Source of the DNA: Piromyces finnis finn
Taxonomy: Eukaryota; Fungi; Neocallimastigomycota
DNA: 64,000 bases
Reading direction: 5' to 3'
NCBI GenBank assembly: GCA_002104945.1
Contig: MCFH01000039.1
Span: 462,827 to 526,826, forward strand
Shown here: one piece after another, positions 1 to 14,197 of the stretch
Position numbering within the stretch: the first letter of the stretch is position 1
Layout: the number at the start of each line of letters is the position of its first letter
Position numbers and translations under genes: made by a program
The notes under the pieces: generated by a model
Told to the model about the DNA's origin: nothing
The model's input: the letters and a program-made list of their open reading frames with translations, nothing else
Database searches by the model: none

Positions 1-3000
1 CTTGTGATTCTTAGTAGTACTGGAATTATTTAGAGAGGTAGGACTGCAAGGCCTTTTTCTTTCAGGATGGGAGGAATCATCAGAATTATCGGCCATAATA
101 TCATCCATGATATCATTTTCATCTTCCAAGTTTGGATCAGGATCATCCATAGATTTATTGTTGTCCGGGATAAAAGAATATGAGTCACGTGCAATATCTG
201 GAGAGTCAGAAATTTTTGAATTTAAATTTATGTTATCATTAATATCCATAGTGTCTGAGATGGTAGAATTATCCTGTGTAACATTAGAATTTATGCTAGA
301 ATTATGACGTGGATTAATTGATTTATCATCCAATAGAATGTTATCATTTTTATTTTGAATTTTTGAGTCAATTTTTGAAAAATCTTTATTAATAAAAATT
401 TTTTCACGATGATCAGAAATTGAATTTTCAGTAGTATTTTCACCATCATTTTTGGTATTAGAAATATTTTCAGTGGTGGAGTCATCAGTTGAAGAATTAT
501 TATAATAATCATGATTTTCAATAATTTTATTTTTGTTTTTGTCAGCAAGAGTTTTACCAGGACAAACGTTATCGGAACCAGGAGTTTCAGGATATTGGTA
601 TTTATTATTTTATTGATATTATTTGAAATTTTACAATTTTTCTTTTCGAAATTGCAATTGTCATTTGCAATTTCTTCTAAAACTTTTAAAATGTCATTAG
701 TAAATTTATTTTTGTCAAATTTCGAATTTGAATTATTATTTTTGTTTTGAGTGTCTTCATTCATGTATAAAGAATTTGTTTTTGAATTGTTCATTAAATT
801 ACTTTTTGAGATTTCCTTAGTTTGAGAAATAATATTAGTCCTTTTGTTATTTTCTTCCTCTTTCCTTTCAGTTTTTTCGTTATAAGTTAAATTTTTATCA
901 ACCAGGTCCTCGTCCATAGTACTTATATCGTCTTCATTTACCGTTTTTTCTTCTACTTCTTCTTCATTTACTTCTTCTTCTATTATTCCTTCATCTTTTA
1001 CTTCTTCTCCATTGTTTTTAAAGTGGAAATTCACCTTCTTCTTGGAAGTAGTCCTTTCTGTATTATTGTTCTCATTATTTATATTTGAATTTGTATCTGT
1101 AGTGTTGTTGTTCTTGCTGTCAACAACTTTCTCTTTTAAACCTTCTGTGTTATTGTTGTTCCTCGACGAATCTGAGGAGACCTTATTGTCGTAATTGTTG
1201 ATATTATATGAATCGTTGAAAGAGAAATACGGATTGTTAATATTTTTATTTTTATAAGTGTACTGTGCCGGCTTATCTTCACAGCATTCTATTTCTCTAG
1301 AATAGTGAATTTTAAGTTTATCACCACAAATTTCCATGACTATATATGAGTGATGTACTTCACTGAACCCAAGAAATATTCCTTCCTTTGAGTTTGGCGC
1401 GAATTTTGACTTTTTAAGGGAATAGTCCTTAAAGTAACATATACATCCAAATACCTTTAGGTATTTTAGATCGGCCTCCTCGTTGGTAAATACTTCGTCA
1501 GGGATTAAATTATTATTTTCTTGGTGTGGTATTTTGTTGTAAATATAACAAGAATATTTTACAGCAAAACTCCAAAAGTCTTCAGATAATTTAACCCAAT
1601 ATAAAAGTGTTTTAGCATAATTTTGAATAGTTTGGTTTATTCTTTCTGCTTTACCATTTAATTAATGTACGTAAGGAAGTGAGTTTATCTTAGATATACC
1701 GTTTTCCTTACAATATTTTATAACTTTACTACTGTTATATTCTTTTGCACCATCTGTCTTAAATGTTTTGACTTTATATTGGTCAAAAGTGTTATTGACA
1801 TTCTTTAGGAATTCAATAATGATATCAGGTGCTTCAGATCTTGACTTGAGAGTATAAATCCAAAGTTTTCTTGAATATTCATCCAGTATAGTCATAAAAT
1901 ATTTCTTATTGTTTATGGATGAATTAAACGGGCCTGAAATATCGGAGTGAATAGTCTTTAGAACTCTTCCGGTTTTAGGTACGGTTTTGTTGTGGGGAGA
2001 CTTCTTCATTTTTGATATTTTGCAGTCTAGGCAAGGCGTTACTTTAATTTTATGTTGATTTAGATATTTCTTCAGATCCTTCTGGTAGAAATGGCCTAAT
2101 CTCTTATGCCATATATCTAAATCATCTTCAAAATTTGCAATAAATGGTTCATTTTTATCTTTATTAATGTTTATGAGTTTAATTTGAATTGGTTTAATTC
2201 ATTTGAGTATGTTTGCATTATATTTTATTTTCAAGGACTCTGAAAATAAAGTCTGACTTTCCCATCGTCAGTAATATCTATAACGCTTCTTAAACCAACT
2301 TTAGTAAGTCCTACACCACTAATTAAATTCTTGCTAACTTTATCTGAGTACAAAACTTTTTCTAACTTGTAAGTTTTGTCTTTTATCTTGAACTCATATG
2401 AACCATAACCACTAAATTCACAGGTAGTTCCATTTGCACATCTAAGTTGGATGTGTTCTTCTGTGAAGTTTTCTAAGATGTCCTTATCATTAACTATATG
2501 TTCGGCGGCACCAGTATCGTAGAACCATTCGTCGTACTTATTTTCTCCATACACATAATCTATATTCTTTACATTAGGAGAGTCTTCTTTTGTAGCTTCA
2601 TCTTTTTCAATAAGGTAGATACTTCTTTCCGTTAAAGGCCTAATATCTTCAAATTCTACGTTAATACCGTAACTTTCGTTGTCGTCATAGTTTTCGACGA
2701 AATCTACTTCTTGTTCGAATTTCTTTTGTTGTTTTTTCTTGTGAACTTGCATCCCTTGTTGTGAATTTCTTTTAGATTTGTTTTGGTTATAGGCCTTATT
2801 ATTACTGTTTCTTCTTTGTTCTCTTTCCATTTTGGCCTTTTGATTATATTCACACATTTCGGTTGAGTGACCATGTTCACAGCAGATATGACAATAAGTA
2901 CGGTGGCTTCTATTTATATTTCTTCTGTTACCGTAGCTTTTATTCTTTGTTGATTTGTTTTCTCTAACAAAATCAACATCCATTGGATCATCAACTTCGA

Positions 3001-3378
3001 CATCTTCATCTTGGTCGTTGTTGATTCAATCCTCGAAATAGGATTTGGCACTGATGTAACTTTTGACCTTCTCATAGAGTTGATCAGAAGTTTCGTCTAA
3101 AGTTATATTCAATTGGTTCTTGACACTTCGTGGAAGGGAATTGTACATAAATTTCAATTTTTCCCTTTCACTTAAGGACATTCTTTGTTCAGACATCTCA
3201 AGGAAGATTTCCTTGATTTTATCAATGGTTTTACTGACTTTGCTTACATCTTCAGTATATAATTTTCTTAACTTTTTTAGCAAGTATTCGATGTCTGCAT
3301 TAGCGTTACCGTATTTTGTATTCAACTTCTTGAATACTTGGTAACAGCTAGTACTATGACCAATCTCTCTGAGGATCT
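1..3378 (-). mobile_element. Ty1/copia retrotransposon, copy 1. Decayed gag-PR-INT, 5' part cut off at ~3378, continues past the window start
   Basis: Minus-strand ORF pieces carry a zinc knuckle (CHICCEHGHSTEMC), protease (WFYDTGA) and integrase (IHSDISGP, KTDGAKEY), with protease before integrase. Highly similar to 39567-43030. Similarity stops at ~3378. Confidence 0.92.
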
Positions 3379-5147
3379 ACTGATGGGGAAACAAAAGTCA
3401 TACCATTTGGACATTCCTCTTATGATACTGACTTGACCCACGAAAAATACATGGAACCCCTCTTTCCTAATCCCAATAACAACACATGGGAAAAATTGTG
3501 GAGTTAAGGGATATATTTTAGTGCAAGTGTGATTACATACGCAAAAATAGAAAGGATTCAAATATAGGCCAACAACAAGGCAAACCCCCTACTGTTTATA
3601 ATATGTATTTTGAAGATGAAAATAATAATATGAGAGGAAGAAATGCTGCCTAGTCTTCCCTAACTCAAAGTACCCTTCATGAGTTAGGCATAAGAGGAGG
3701 AAGCAAAAACCCTCCCTATTCTAAAATTAATTCAACCCTGGCTATAGCTACAGATACAGCTACAGCTATAACTACAACTACAACTACAACTACGACTCCT
3801 AATTGGCTTCAATACTCTATGGATAAGGGTAGTTGTAATACTAATTTGAATAATGAAAACTTGGTTATGGAGAACTTATTGGATCCTCTAAATAAAATTA
3901 CTTTAGAGGAATTCAACAAATTAAGAAATTTATACAATGGATTAATAAAGTTGAAACACTTGAACGAAATTATTTATCTCTTACTGATAAGGTGAATACT
4001 TATCACTTATTATATGAAAATAATGATTTAGAAGTAAGAGAGAAAATAAAAAGTGTTTTTAATAATATTAAAAGCGAAAGTAATTCTTATAGTGAAATTA
4101 TTCCCTCAGTTACTTATGCTATAAAAGCAGCGGGCAAGGCAAATTCACCCTCAAGACTAAATGCTATAGTGGAACGTCGTAAGAGGGTTGAAGAAAAATT
4201 AAAAGAAGAAAAGAAGAAAGAAATAATAAATGCGAAGAAATAGAAAAGATAATTAAACAATATTACAATAAATTACCTTCAAATTTAAGAAAAGCATATG
4301 ATGAAGGTAATATTGAAAAAATTCAAAAGTCTTTTCTTGGTTTAACAACTAAAACCAAGATTAGCATCCAAAGACTTCAAAAGAGTCTATGTAAAAGGAA
4401 TACAAATAAGCCCAATAAGATCTAAGAGAATTTTTTGAATCTATAGAAATTCATAAAAAGGATTTAAAAAATATCTCTTTTATTGGAACTGACATGTGAG
4501 TTGGTTATTGTTTCTTCATATTTAGAGACCTTTGAACAATATATGTTTATTGCTTCAAAGATACCATCTTTAAATATTGAATATCTGAAGGATTTCAACC
4601 TTTATCAATGCTATGAAAAAAATCCTTCAAAAGAAGATATATATAAAGTTGAAAAGTCCTTTTACAATAGAATTTCAGGAATTATCGCTCGCCCAAACAG
4701 TCCTGATTATATAAAAGAATTCTTTATGGATGTTCTAAATGATTCTAACTTTAAAACTATTGATAAATTTAGTGATGAATTATTGGATAAAAATCCTCTT
4801 GATACTACTACTATTTCTGGCTCTGACTCTGACTCTGACTCTGGTTCTGGTTCTGATTCTGCTACTACTGTTACTAATCCTATTAATGATAAAGTGATGG
4901 AAGATGCTTCAAAAGTTAATAATAATGAAGAAAATAATTTAAATAAAAAGAGAAAAAATCCTAATGAAAGTTATAGTGAAACCGTACTTTATAAAAGAGT
5001 TGATCAAAGAAATGGTAAAAAGATATCTCCATAATAAAAATATAATTGCTTCCATCAATAAAGAAAATAATGTAGCAACTTCAAATCCTAAATTTTCAAG
5101 TTTTTCAGGTGGAACAATAATTCCTGAAACCCCAAAGTCTCAATATC

Positions 5148-8100
5148 TGTAACGAATACTGTCACAATAACATATATAAAAATTTAAAAAATTTGGACAC
5201 ATGGAAAAAATTAAAAATTTTTTTAAAATTTGAAAATTTGAAAATTTGAAAAAATTTATTTTTTAAATTTTTATTAAAAAATTTCAAATTATAAAATTTC
5301 TAATATTTGAAATTATTAAATTTTTTTAAAATTATTAAAATTTTATTATTAAAAATTCTATTTTAAATTTATTAACTATTTACAATAATTATATTAATTA
5401 TTAATTTATAAAAATTAAATATTTTATAATTAGACAATAATTAATTAAAATTAAAAAATGTAATAATTAAAATTGTTCATGTATAAAAAGAACAAAAATT
5501 GACAAAAATTACGAAGCTTTAGCGTTAGTAATTTTTTAACTTAAAGTTAATAAAATTTATAAACTCCTATAAAACCTAAAACTTTAAAAATTTTAATATT
5601 TTTAATAACTTAATATATGCTGATATTAAGTTATTGCTAAAATAAAAATATTATTTAATTTTCTTTATATAAATATTATTAGCTTTACGCCTTCAATAGG
5701 AAAGCGTATTATATTTGTTAATTAATATATGTAAAAGTTTTACTAAACTTATAATTTAATATTAAAATATTAAATTAAATAAAAGGTTAAAAGATAACTA
5801 GGTTAGAAAAAAAAATGTTTTATTAAAATAATCTTAATTGATTTATAAATGAATAATTAAATTATATATTATGGTTAAAATAATTTCTTTTATTTTATTT
5901 AATGATATATTGCTAAAATATATAATAATAAGATTATTTAGTAGTGATACTCATTAAGTATTAATTATTATTAATAGTTAATAATTTATAGTTAATAATC
6001 TTTAGTTAATAATTTATAGTTAATAATTTAATAATTTATGGTTAATAATTTTTGGTTAATAATCTTTACAAAGATTTTAATTTCATAAACTATTCTAAAC
6101 TATTTATACTATTTGTAATTTTACATTTAATAATAAAATAACTTTTCAATACATGATTATATTCATAATATATTTTATAATACTTAAACTAAACTTAAGA
6201 CTTATTCCTAATTATTAAAAAATAACTATTGTTCATAATATTCATAATATTAATTATTTCTTAATTATAATATAATTCATTGAATATAATATTAATAATT
6301 ATAATCCTCTAGTTCAAAGATTATAAATTATGTTATTGAAATAATTATTATAAAATAAAGTTAATTAGTTCCGGAAAATAATTTTAATTTAATTAAACAA
6401 TAATTTTTATACGTTGAGTGAATGATTTATGTTTGATATATCAGGGGTGATCATTCTCTGAATAAACAATTAATCATTGCTAACAAAATATCTTTAAATT
6501 GGAATATCTCGTGAACCAGCAGAGATATTGACCTGATTTTAAGATATGTTGTTTGTCTCGAGCGTGGCTTTCTAACGAACGTAATTATAACCAAAATATT
6601 TTTATTCAAAAATCGTCATTCGTTGAGGAGATACGCGTGTTTTTTCTTATTCCATTTTAACGATAAGGGTTAAAGTTATTTATTATAAAAATTATTAAGG
6701 GTTAAGGTCATATTTTAACCTTTTCTAAATTTTTAAATATTTCTTAATAAAATTTTATAATTTATTTGAAAATAAAATATTTGTTGATTTTGAAATTTCA
6801 TAAGTGATTTCACAATTCCAAGTGATCTTGAAATTGTATTTTCACTAGTATTCGTGACAATATAACTAGTGTGCTTACCACACTTTTCTTTAATAAAAAA
6901 TCGCTTTTTGACAAATGCTGTAAAAGGTTTTTTATATTATTAGTTAATAAGTTACTAATTAGTTAATTAAGTTAGTTATTACCTCTCTATACGAGTTAAT
7001 AACTAAATAAAGTTTTATAAAAAATAATAAAAGAAAGAAAATAAATATTATAACACTAAAATAAATATAAACACTTATATAAATATTTTATGAAATAACT
7101 TTTACTTAAATAATTATATTTTAATTATATCTTTTATTTATTTATTATAATTATAATACATTAATTATTATTATAGCTATTAATTTACTTTAATACTAAC
7201 GCTAAAGTATTTAACGTTAGTTTTGACTATACTATTTAACTATATGAGTTTATTTTCTTTACCACTTGATTGGGTAAAGCAAATAAACTTCCTATTTAAT
7301 TAATAACCATTAATATATGGCTATACATATATTTGGCCAATAAATGGTGACCAGAATATATGGTTTCAATTGAAATATTTGTGGGCAAACTTATGGCCAC
7401 AAATATTTCTTACAATGATACGTAGAAAATATTATCTTAATTCTATAAATGAATATAGAAAGTGATAATATTTGTATCTAAAAAATAATATTTAATAAAT
7501 AAAATTTAAAGAAAATAAAAATAAATGATTTTTATACTTGTTCATTTTCAAGTATTAGTTAGTTTTATAAAATATAGTTTATTTAATTATAAATTTTGAT
7601 ATTTAATAACTCTAGTATTATTAAATATATATTTTATTATGAATACATCTCGGTATGTATGTGAATATAATTATAAGTATTATTTTAATAAATTTAATAT
7701 TATTATCTAATTTTTCTGGATTATTAGGAACATTTTTAAAAATAAGTAATTCTATCACTATTTATACAAAATTATTATTTTAAGATATAATTATAAACAA
7801 ATATAAACTATTTAATTTAAAAAGAAATAAACAATTAAATAAACAAAAAGTTTACATTTATAATTTTTAATTTAATAATTTTATACATGTTAAATATTTT
7901 AAATTTTTATCTATATTTTAATTATTATTATTATTATTATTAATTTATAATTTATAAATTTAATTATTTATCAACAAATGCTAGAAATAACTAAATTGTC
8001 TTAGTGGTTAGTAGCTAAGACTTTGAGTCTGAATGACAATAGTTCAAGACATCATAGATACTATTTTAAAAAATTATAATTTTATTTTATTTTCAAATTT

Positions 8101-8398
8101 TATTTTATATAAAGATTATTGATTGGTTAAGAATTTTAAGTTGAAAAAATTTTATAAATTAATTTAAAAAATTTTTAGTATAAATACGAGTGAATTTTCC
8201 CAAATATTTTAAAGAATCGAGATTTTATTAATAAATAATTATATTATTAAACACTAACTTATTAAGTTAAATTCTATGTGCTTTTAATGATATTTTTATA
8301 AATTAATAATTTACAGAATATTTTAAAGTGTTAATATTACTAAGTTATTTAGTAAATATTATAATTTGTTTTTATTGTTAAAGACACATTTCTTTACA
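5148..8398 (+). mobile_element. Solo LTR (TGTAACGAATAC...CTTTACA family), split by a nested 2.8-kb insert
   Basis: TSD ATATC at 5143-5147 and 8399-8403. 7982-8398 resembles the LTR at 37311-37713 (GATTGGT, TATAAATACGAGTGAA, CTTTACA end). Confidence 0.85.
5160..7976. mobile_element. Non-coding 2.8-kb TG...CA insertion (non-autonomous or composite LTR element)
   Basis: Flanked by AATAC (5155-5159) and AATGC (7977-7981). Removing it restores TGTAACGAATACTAG, the start seen in related LTRs. No ORF of 60 aa or more. Contains an LTR-like block (about 6490-6859) homologous to 22513-22863. Confidence 0.65.
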
Positions 8399-8714
8399 AT
8401 ATCCAAACTTGACTTCAGGAAAAAATATTGTTTCAACACAAGTTCTTTTAGAAGAAACAGAGTACCCGACCCCCCTTTTTTCAATAGAAAATGAAATTTC
8501 AACTCAGGAATGTTTAGTGGAAGCAGTAATTCCAACTCAAATATTATCTGAAGAAACTGGAATTTCTAGAACTCAAACTCTTGTGGTAAACAATAATAAT
8601 AACTCTAAACTTGATAGTTCTCTTGAATTCTCTCCTTTAAATTTATCTGATTTTTAAAGTTTTTTTCTTTTTAAAGAACCAGTCATAATTATTAAAAGCA
8701 TATAGTATAAATAT

Positions 8715-11700
8715 ATGAATATTATGAATATATTTAATACTAATACATTTAATAATAATAACTCAGAAAATACTTTGCCATCTAGAGTGACTCTAGATAA
8801 TTTTTTTAAATTATCATATAAAAAACTTAAATTAATTCATATAATTGACAAAAGACTAGAATTATATGAATTTAAATCATCATTATTAAACAATTTAAAT
8901 TACGATTCAAACAAAAATATTTTTTATTATAATGAAATTCATAATTTAAATATTTTATATATTAATGCTAATGGTTTAGGAGATGTAAAACAAATCATTA
9001 CATTAAATAATCTGATATATAAATATGATATAATATTTATATCAGAATCATGGTTTATCGACCATGAAAAAATAATCAATGAACCCTATTTTGTTAGTTC
9101 AACACCATTAAAGTTGAAAAAGGGATTCAGACAAATCGATGGGATCTACTGTTTTGCTAATCCCTTAATGAAAAAAATGATAAAGGTGTTGTATCTAACA
9201 AAATACAGTATTACTATAAAGGTCATGGGTAAAATCATTAAAGCAATTTATTATCCACCTTCATTAAATAATGAAAAATTTGATAATGAATTTAATGATC
9301 TTTTCAAACCGGATCTTGTTCTTGGTGATTTTAATATCAATATATATAAACAGTATCCTTTAAAAAAACATAATATTTTAAATAAGTATTGTTCTTCCCG
9401 TAGTCTTTATCCTTTAATACCAATTAAGAAGAGCAATATATGCTTACCTAGATTAGATCATGTCTTTGCAAAAGAGGATTTAAAAAGGTAAGCTTTACGT
9501 TGGAAGTGCCCCTTTACGTACTGATCACCCAGCATTAGAAGTATCAATACTTGTTAATAATTCTATTGCTGTTGAAGATAATAGTGGTGTCAATGAAAAA
9601 TCATATAAATTAAAATATGATTTAAATAATTTAAAATATGCATATATAAGGAAAGCATTCAAGGATAGGATTAATATAATGTCTGATAATATAATAAAGT
9701 ATTATGAAAAAATCAATTTAGCTTTTTTTTACCTCTTCAATAAAAATTAAGCAAGAAATGGTAGATAAAGCTGATGATATTCTTATTGGTTTACTTCAAG
9801 ATTTTTCAAAAGATCTTTTGGGTGAAGTAAAAGAAAACAAAAAAGTAAACCAAATAAGAACTTATTATAATTTAATAAATTCAAATAATAGAAAAAGTAT
9901 TCACCCTACCACCCCTACCACTACCACTACCACTAATAATACCAGTACTACTACTAATACCAATACCCTTACAAATATTAATAATAATTATTGGAATGAA
10001 AATAAAGATAATCTAGATGATTACTACTTCAATTAGATTATTTAAAGAACATATAAAAGATTCTTCAGGAATGCCTTTATATGTACAATCTTCAAGCCCT
10101 AATAAAAATGAAGTAGAAGATGCTTATGATTATTATAAGGAATATTATAAACCTCTTAATAATCAATTTTCTCCCTATAATTTAAGACATTTATATTCAG
10201 GGAATAAAAGTCAAACATTTTATGACTATTTAACAAAGGAAAAAGTAGTCAATAAAATAAACAATCTACCATCAAATAAAGCATGTGGTAGTGATGGTAT
10301 ACATACTATCCTTTTAAAGTCGATGAATGATAGTATGTTGCCAGATATACTAACTGAATTATTCAAGTTATGTATATCATTTGGGATGACACCTTTGCGT
10401 TGGAATAAATCAGTGATATATCCTATACCAAAAAAGAAAGAATCATGCTAAATCCAAGATTTCCGTCCCATAGCATTGACTAATATTTTTAGGAAGATAT
10501 TTGAAGGTTTGCTACTTGATTTCATTAAAGAAAAGATGGAATCCGAATTCAAGGTATGTAGGAATCAAGCAAGCTTTAGAAGGGGATACTCCACCATTAC
10601 CCATGCCTTGATTTCAAATGAAACCGCGTAAAAAGGAAGTAAGCAAACCCATATATTGATCTCAAGAAAGCATATGATTCAGTTCCTATTAAATGCCTGA
10701 TTAAAAAATTGAAAAATAGAAAGGTGGAAAGCGGTATAATTTCATTGGTAACTTCATTATTTACCGAATGCAGTACAAGAATTATAGTCAATAATGTTTT
10801 TACTAATGAAATAAGAATGGATCGAGGTTTGATGCAAGGAGCCATCTTATCTCCATTGTTGTTTAATATTTTCATTGATGATCTAGCAAGTTCATTAAAC
10901 AACGCTTATCCTAATGATCCATTGCCACATTCATTATTTTTTGCGGATGATATAAAATTAAACCACAGTGATCAAAATTCGTTGCAAGACATGATGAATG
11001 TCTGTAACAACTGGGCCGAGGATAATGGTATGGAGTTCAATATAGATAAATCAGCCTATCTTTTGAATCCGGACATACCATTGGAAAAGCCATTTTATCT
11101 TTATAAAAATAGCGAGTGGAAAGAATTAGCTGGTGTGGAAAGTTACAAGTACCTAGGATTTCCACATACCAGTAAGGGGATTGACTTTAAGAAGCATTTA
11201 AATCATTCAGCGTTAAAGGCCTTGTCCATACTTCAATCCCTTGACTACTATAAGGAGGTGTAACCGGAGTATATTAAGTTGAATATATTCCGAATGTACA
11301 TTAGACCCGTTATGGAATATTCAGCAGGTCTAGCCTTCTACTGGATGAAGGAAATTCAATGTCTTAAGAACCAAAGTGGTAGACCCAATTATAGTGAAAT
11401 CGAGAGTTACCATGAAGTTATTGAAAAGGGTCTACGATGGATATTAGGCTATGGGAAATTGTCCAATGCATACTGTCTTCTTGGTGTACCAGGTAGTTTA
11501 ATGCGGTTATATATTTTAGCATTAAAGTTACGTGTGCATATTTCAAAGACGGACAAAGATAACCCAATCAATGTAGCGTTCCATCCACCGTCAAGAGAAA
11601 CACCAGTGGTGTCATCTTTTTCATTTCTCCACAAAGTAGTTAAATGGAATGGGTTGTTTAACGAATATGATTACTTTGGACTTCCACCTTCCAAGGGTCA

Positions 11701-12217
11701 AGAAGTACAAAGCTTGGGAATAAAAAAAGGAAAGAAATTAAATACGACAAGGGAGAAGCTTCTTGATGGGTTGGAAGGAAGAATTAACGATATGGTGTAT
11801 TGGAACTTTCAAAAGTTAACCATGAACCAATGTATCCTACCTCAAGCAAGAACCTACGATAAAGAGAAAGAAAAGTCCAAGCTAATTACCACTGATAAAT
11901 GTGTCTTTATAAGAAATAAAATGATAAGAAGAAATGCCATAGCTTGAAGATTAAATGCCATTGGGGTAGGAAATAAAAGAATGTGTCCTCTATGTGGTAA
12001 TGATTTCCATAGAAGTCATATTAATAAATGCAATTTTATCCTTTCACCACCCTTTAATACTATCTTGAAGGAAAAGGATATAATAGCATTTAAAGATAAG
12101 AAGAAACATCCTAATTTACCACCTACCTACAATATATTAGATTTCTTACTTAATCATAAAAAATATGAGGTATTTGGTGAATTTATAGATGCATTATATA
12201 AATATTGGGTTAATTAA
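8715..12217 (+). pseudogene. LINE ORF2 (APE endonuclease, reverse transcriptase, C-terminal Cys/His motif) with several stops and frameshifts
   Basis: ORF fragments 8715-9491, 9758-10451, 10709-11263, 11279-11947 and 11981-12217 carry the motifs in canonical order. Confidence 0.9.
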
Positions 12218-13627
12218 AGAAAAATGACATTTTCCAACCCAAGATATAAAACAAAATTTATTAATTAATAGAGAAAGAAAGAAAGAGTATAATTCCAATG
12301 CTGTGATGGCTGAAGACAGGCATCTCAGGAATATTTTTTTTTCAAAGCTGTAATGGCTGAACATAAGACTCTTTGAACCCTTTAATGTTTTACTCTCTCT
12401 CTTTGACACCTTTGTCTAACTTAAAAATTAAATTTTTTAAAAAAATTTTTCTTGATAGGGGAAAAATTTATTAAAAATTTAAGTTGTAACACCAAAAATT
12501 TCTACGTTTGAATAGGAATAGAAGATAAAAAAGACTTTATAACACCTTCTCATGCTCATGCTTAGATCCTTAGGTTTTATATATAAGAAAAATAATAAAA
12601 ATATATAGATATAAAAAAATTTTTTTTTATATTATCTATATTATTTTTATTATTTTTTAAAGTATATATATATAAAAAAAATACAGTTTACATAGAATAA
12701 AAAGTGTTAAGGAAATATAACCTATGTAGTTTCTAGAGCACCCTCTTATTATCCAAAAGCTTAAAAAAATAATAAGAAAAGTGCACTTTTATGGAATTGA
12801 AAGGACAGGGGGTAACGTCGTATATTATCAACATATTATGAGTTGACTTTGTCCATTCAACAATTGAATTTGAAAAAATATTTTTTTCACAAACCTTAAT
12901 TAATAATAAAATGATATCCACCGGGCGGGTAGGTGATATTATTTGTATTATTAATGCAATAATAATAGAAAAGCCTATTAAAAATAATAAATATAAGAAG
13001 GTAGTTCAATCTATATTTTTTTATGTACTTTTTTCTACCACTTTATATTTATTATTTAAGCCAAAACAACGATTTTTCCAACACTGTTAAGTCTACTTGG
13101 GAGTCAGCATATATTATCCATATAATATGAGTGGACTCTTTCTATTTAAAAAATTGAATCAAAATTTTTTGTCTCTTGCCAATCACGAACTCTAATTAAT
13201 AACAAAATAATGATATTTTATCCTACTTGATATTATATTATTTATTTTGTTATACATTTGTTATTCTATAAGCAAAGAACAGAAAGCTTTAGCACTGCTA
13301 ATGAATATATAATAAGAAATTAAATAACTTTATGTATATTCTTTATAAAGCTCATGAAAAACCTAGATCAATGCAAATTCTTAATCATTTCTCTATCAAC
13401 ATGACAATCACGTGATTATTAACAACTATGCAGTCTTCATATGAAAGTCCTGCAATTAATTAACTATAGATAGTAAATATTCTTTTGACTATACATATAT
13501 TCCTTCTCAATCAATCTACTCAACCTCTACGGAATTCTCCTACAGAATCTTGCTGATTTATACCACTACATAACATATAAAACATCACATTAATCTATAA
13601 ACTATGACATACACGTGATTATTAATT

Positions 13628-14197
13628 TGATATAAGTTTCTTTTATGTTGTAGTAATTTAATATTAGTTTATTTATAATTTATTATATTAGGTGAAAAAT
13701 ATTTTATTACTATTAACTTCTCTCTTATTAATAATTTCACTTATAATATTTTCTTATTAATTATTAAAGCTCTTCCCTTTCTAATTATTAATTATTTTTA
13801 CATGAATATTTTTATATTATAAAATTCCTATAATTGAATATCAATTATATAATGTAATGTATTCATAATATATGAATAATAATTAAATAGGATATAGTAT
13901 AATATATTTTACATTTTATATGAAATATTACTATATAAGGAAAGGTAATGTAATACAAATAAGTATTACAATAAAATTAATACTAATATATAATATTAAT
14001 ATTTAAGAATATAATGAAATATGTACATGAATTCTATAACTAATATATAAATAATGTATTATAATATATATCAATTATTATATTATTATTATGAAATATT
14101 ATATATAAATTTCTAAAGATGAAATTGAATATTTTAAATAATAAAAATTATTTTAAATATTGGCTAATATGTAGCTAGACATATTAATTTCATATCA
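13628..14197 (-). repeat. 3' LTR of gypsy 13628-21225
   Basis: Direct repeat of 20656-21225 with termini TGATA...TATCA. Confidence 0.95.

Larger units (their letters stand above)
3380..8657 (+). pseudogene. Probable LINE ORF1 remnant, split by the 5148-8398 insertion (segments ~3380-5147 and 8404-8657)
   Basis: Removing 5148-8398 and one ATATC copy joins ...PETPKSQY to PNLTSGKNIV... in frame. It lies directly upstream of ORF2. No domain recognised, so the ORF1 identity is positional only. Confidence 0.5.
3379..12260 (+). mobile_element. Non-LTR retrotransposon (LINE, APE + RT type), degenerate and interrupted by nested LTR insertions
   Basis: ORF2 pieces show APE motifs (LYINANGL, FISESW, VLGDFN, RLDHVF) and RT motifs (KACGSDGI, DFRPIALTN, LMQGAILSPLLFNIF, FFADD), plus a C-terminal CPLCG..H..C. 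The upstream decayed ORF rejoins across the 5148-8398 insertion. Left boundary approximate. Confidence 0.85.

Noticed and set aside
6503-6584. Known ribozyme, snRNA or rRNA fragment, or a short conserved peptide (TFVRKPRSR)
   Set aside because: No hammerhead, HDV, pistol or snRNA core recognised by eye. Conservation includes all silent positions, so it is not protein-level. An Rfam search is still needed.
6813-6850. Helitron 3' end (hairpin, 8 nt, CTAG|T)
   Set aside because: Homology with the 22513 copy continues past CTAG to a GTGACA end that matches the TGTAACGAATACTAG LTR start, so an LTR terminus explains it better. No Rep/helicase seen.
12300-12361. Duplicated 15-mer GCTGTRATGGCTGAA in the LINE 3' region as a recognition stem-loop
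   Set aside because: Only one LINE copy is available, so conservation cannot be tested, and the pairing is weak.
12485-12833. Solo LTR (TGTAAC...TCAACA)
   Set aside because: No TSD and no homologous copy in the window.
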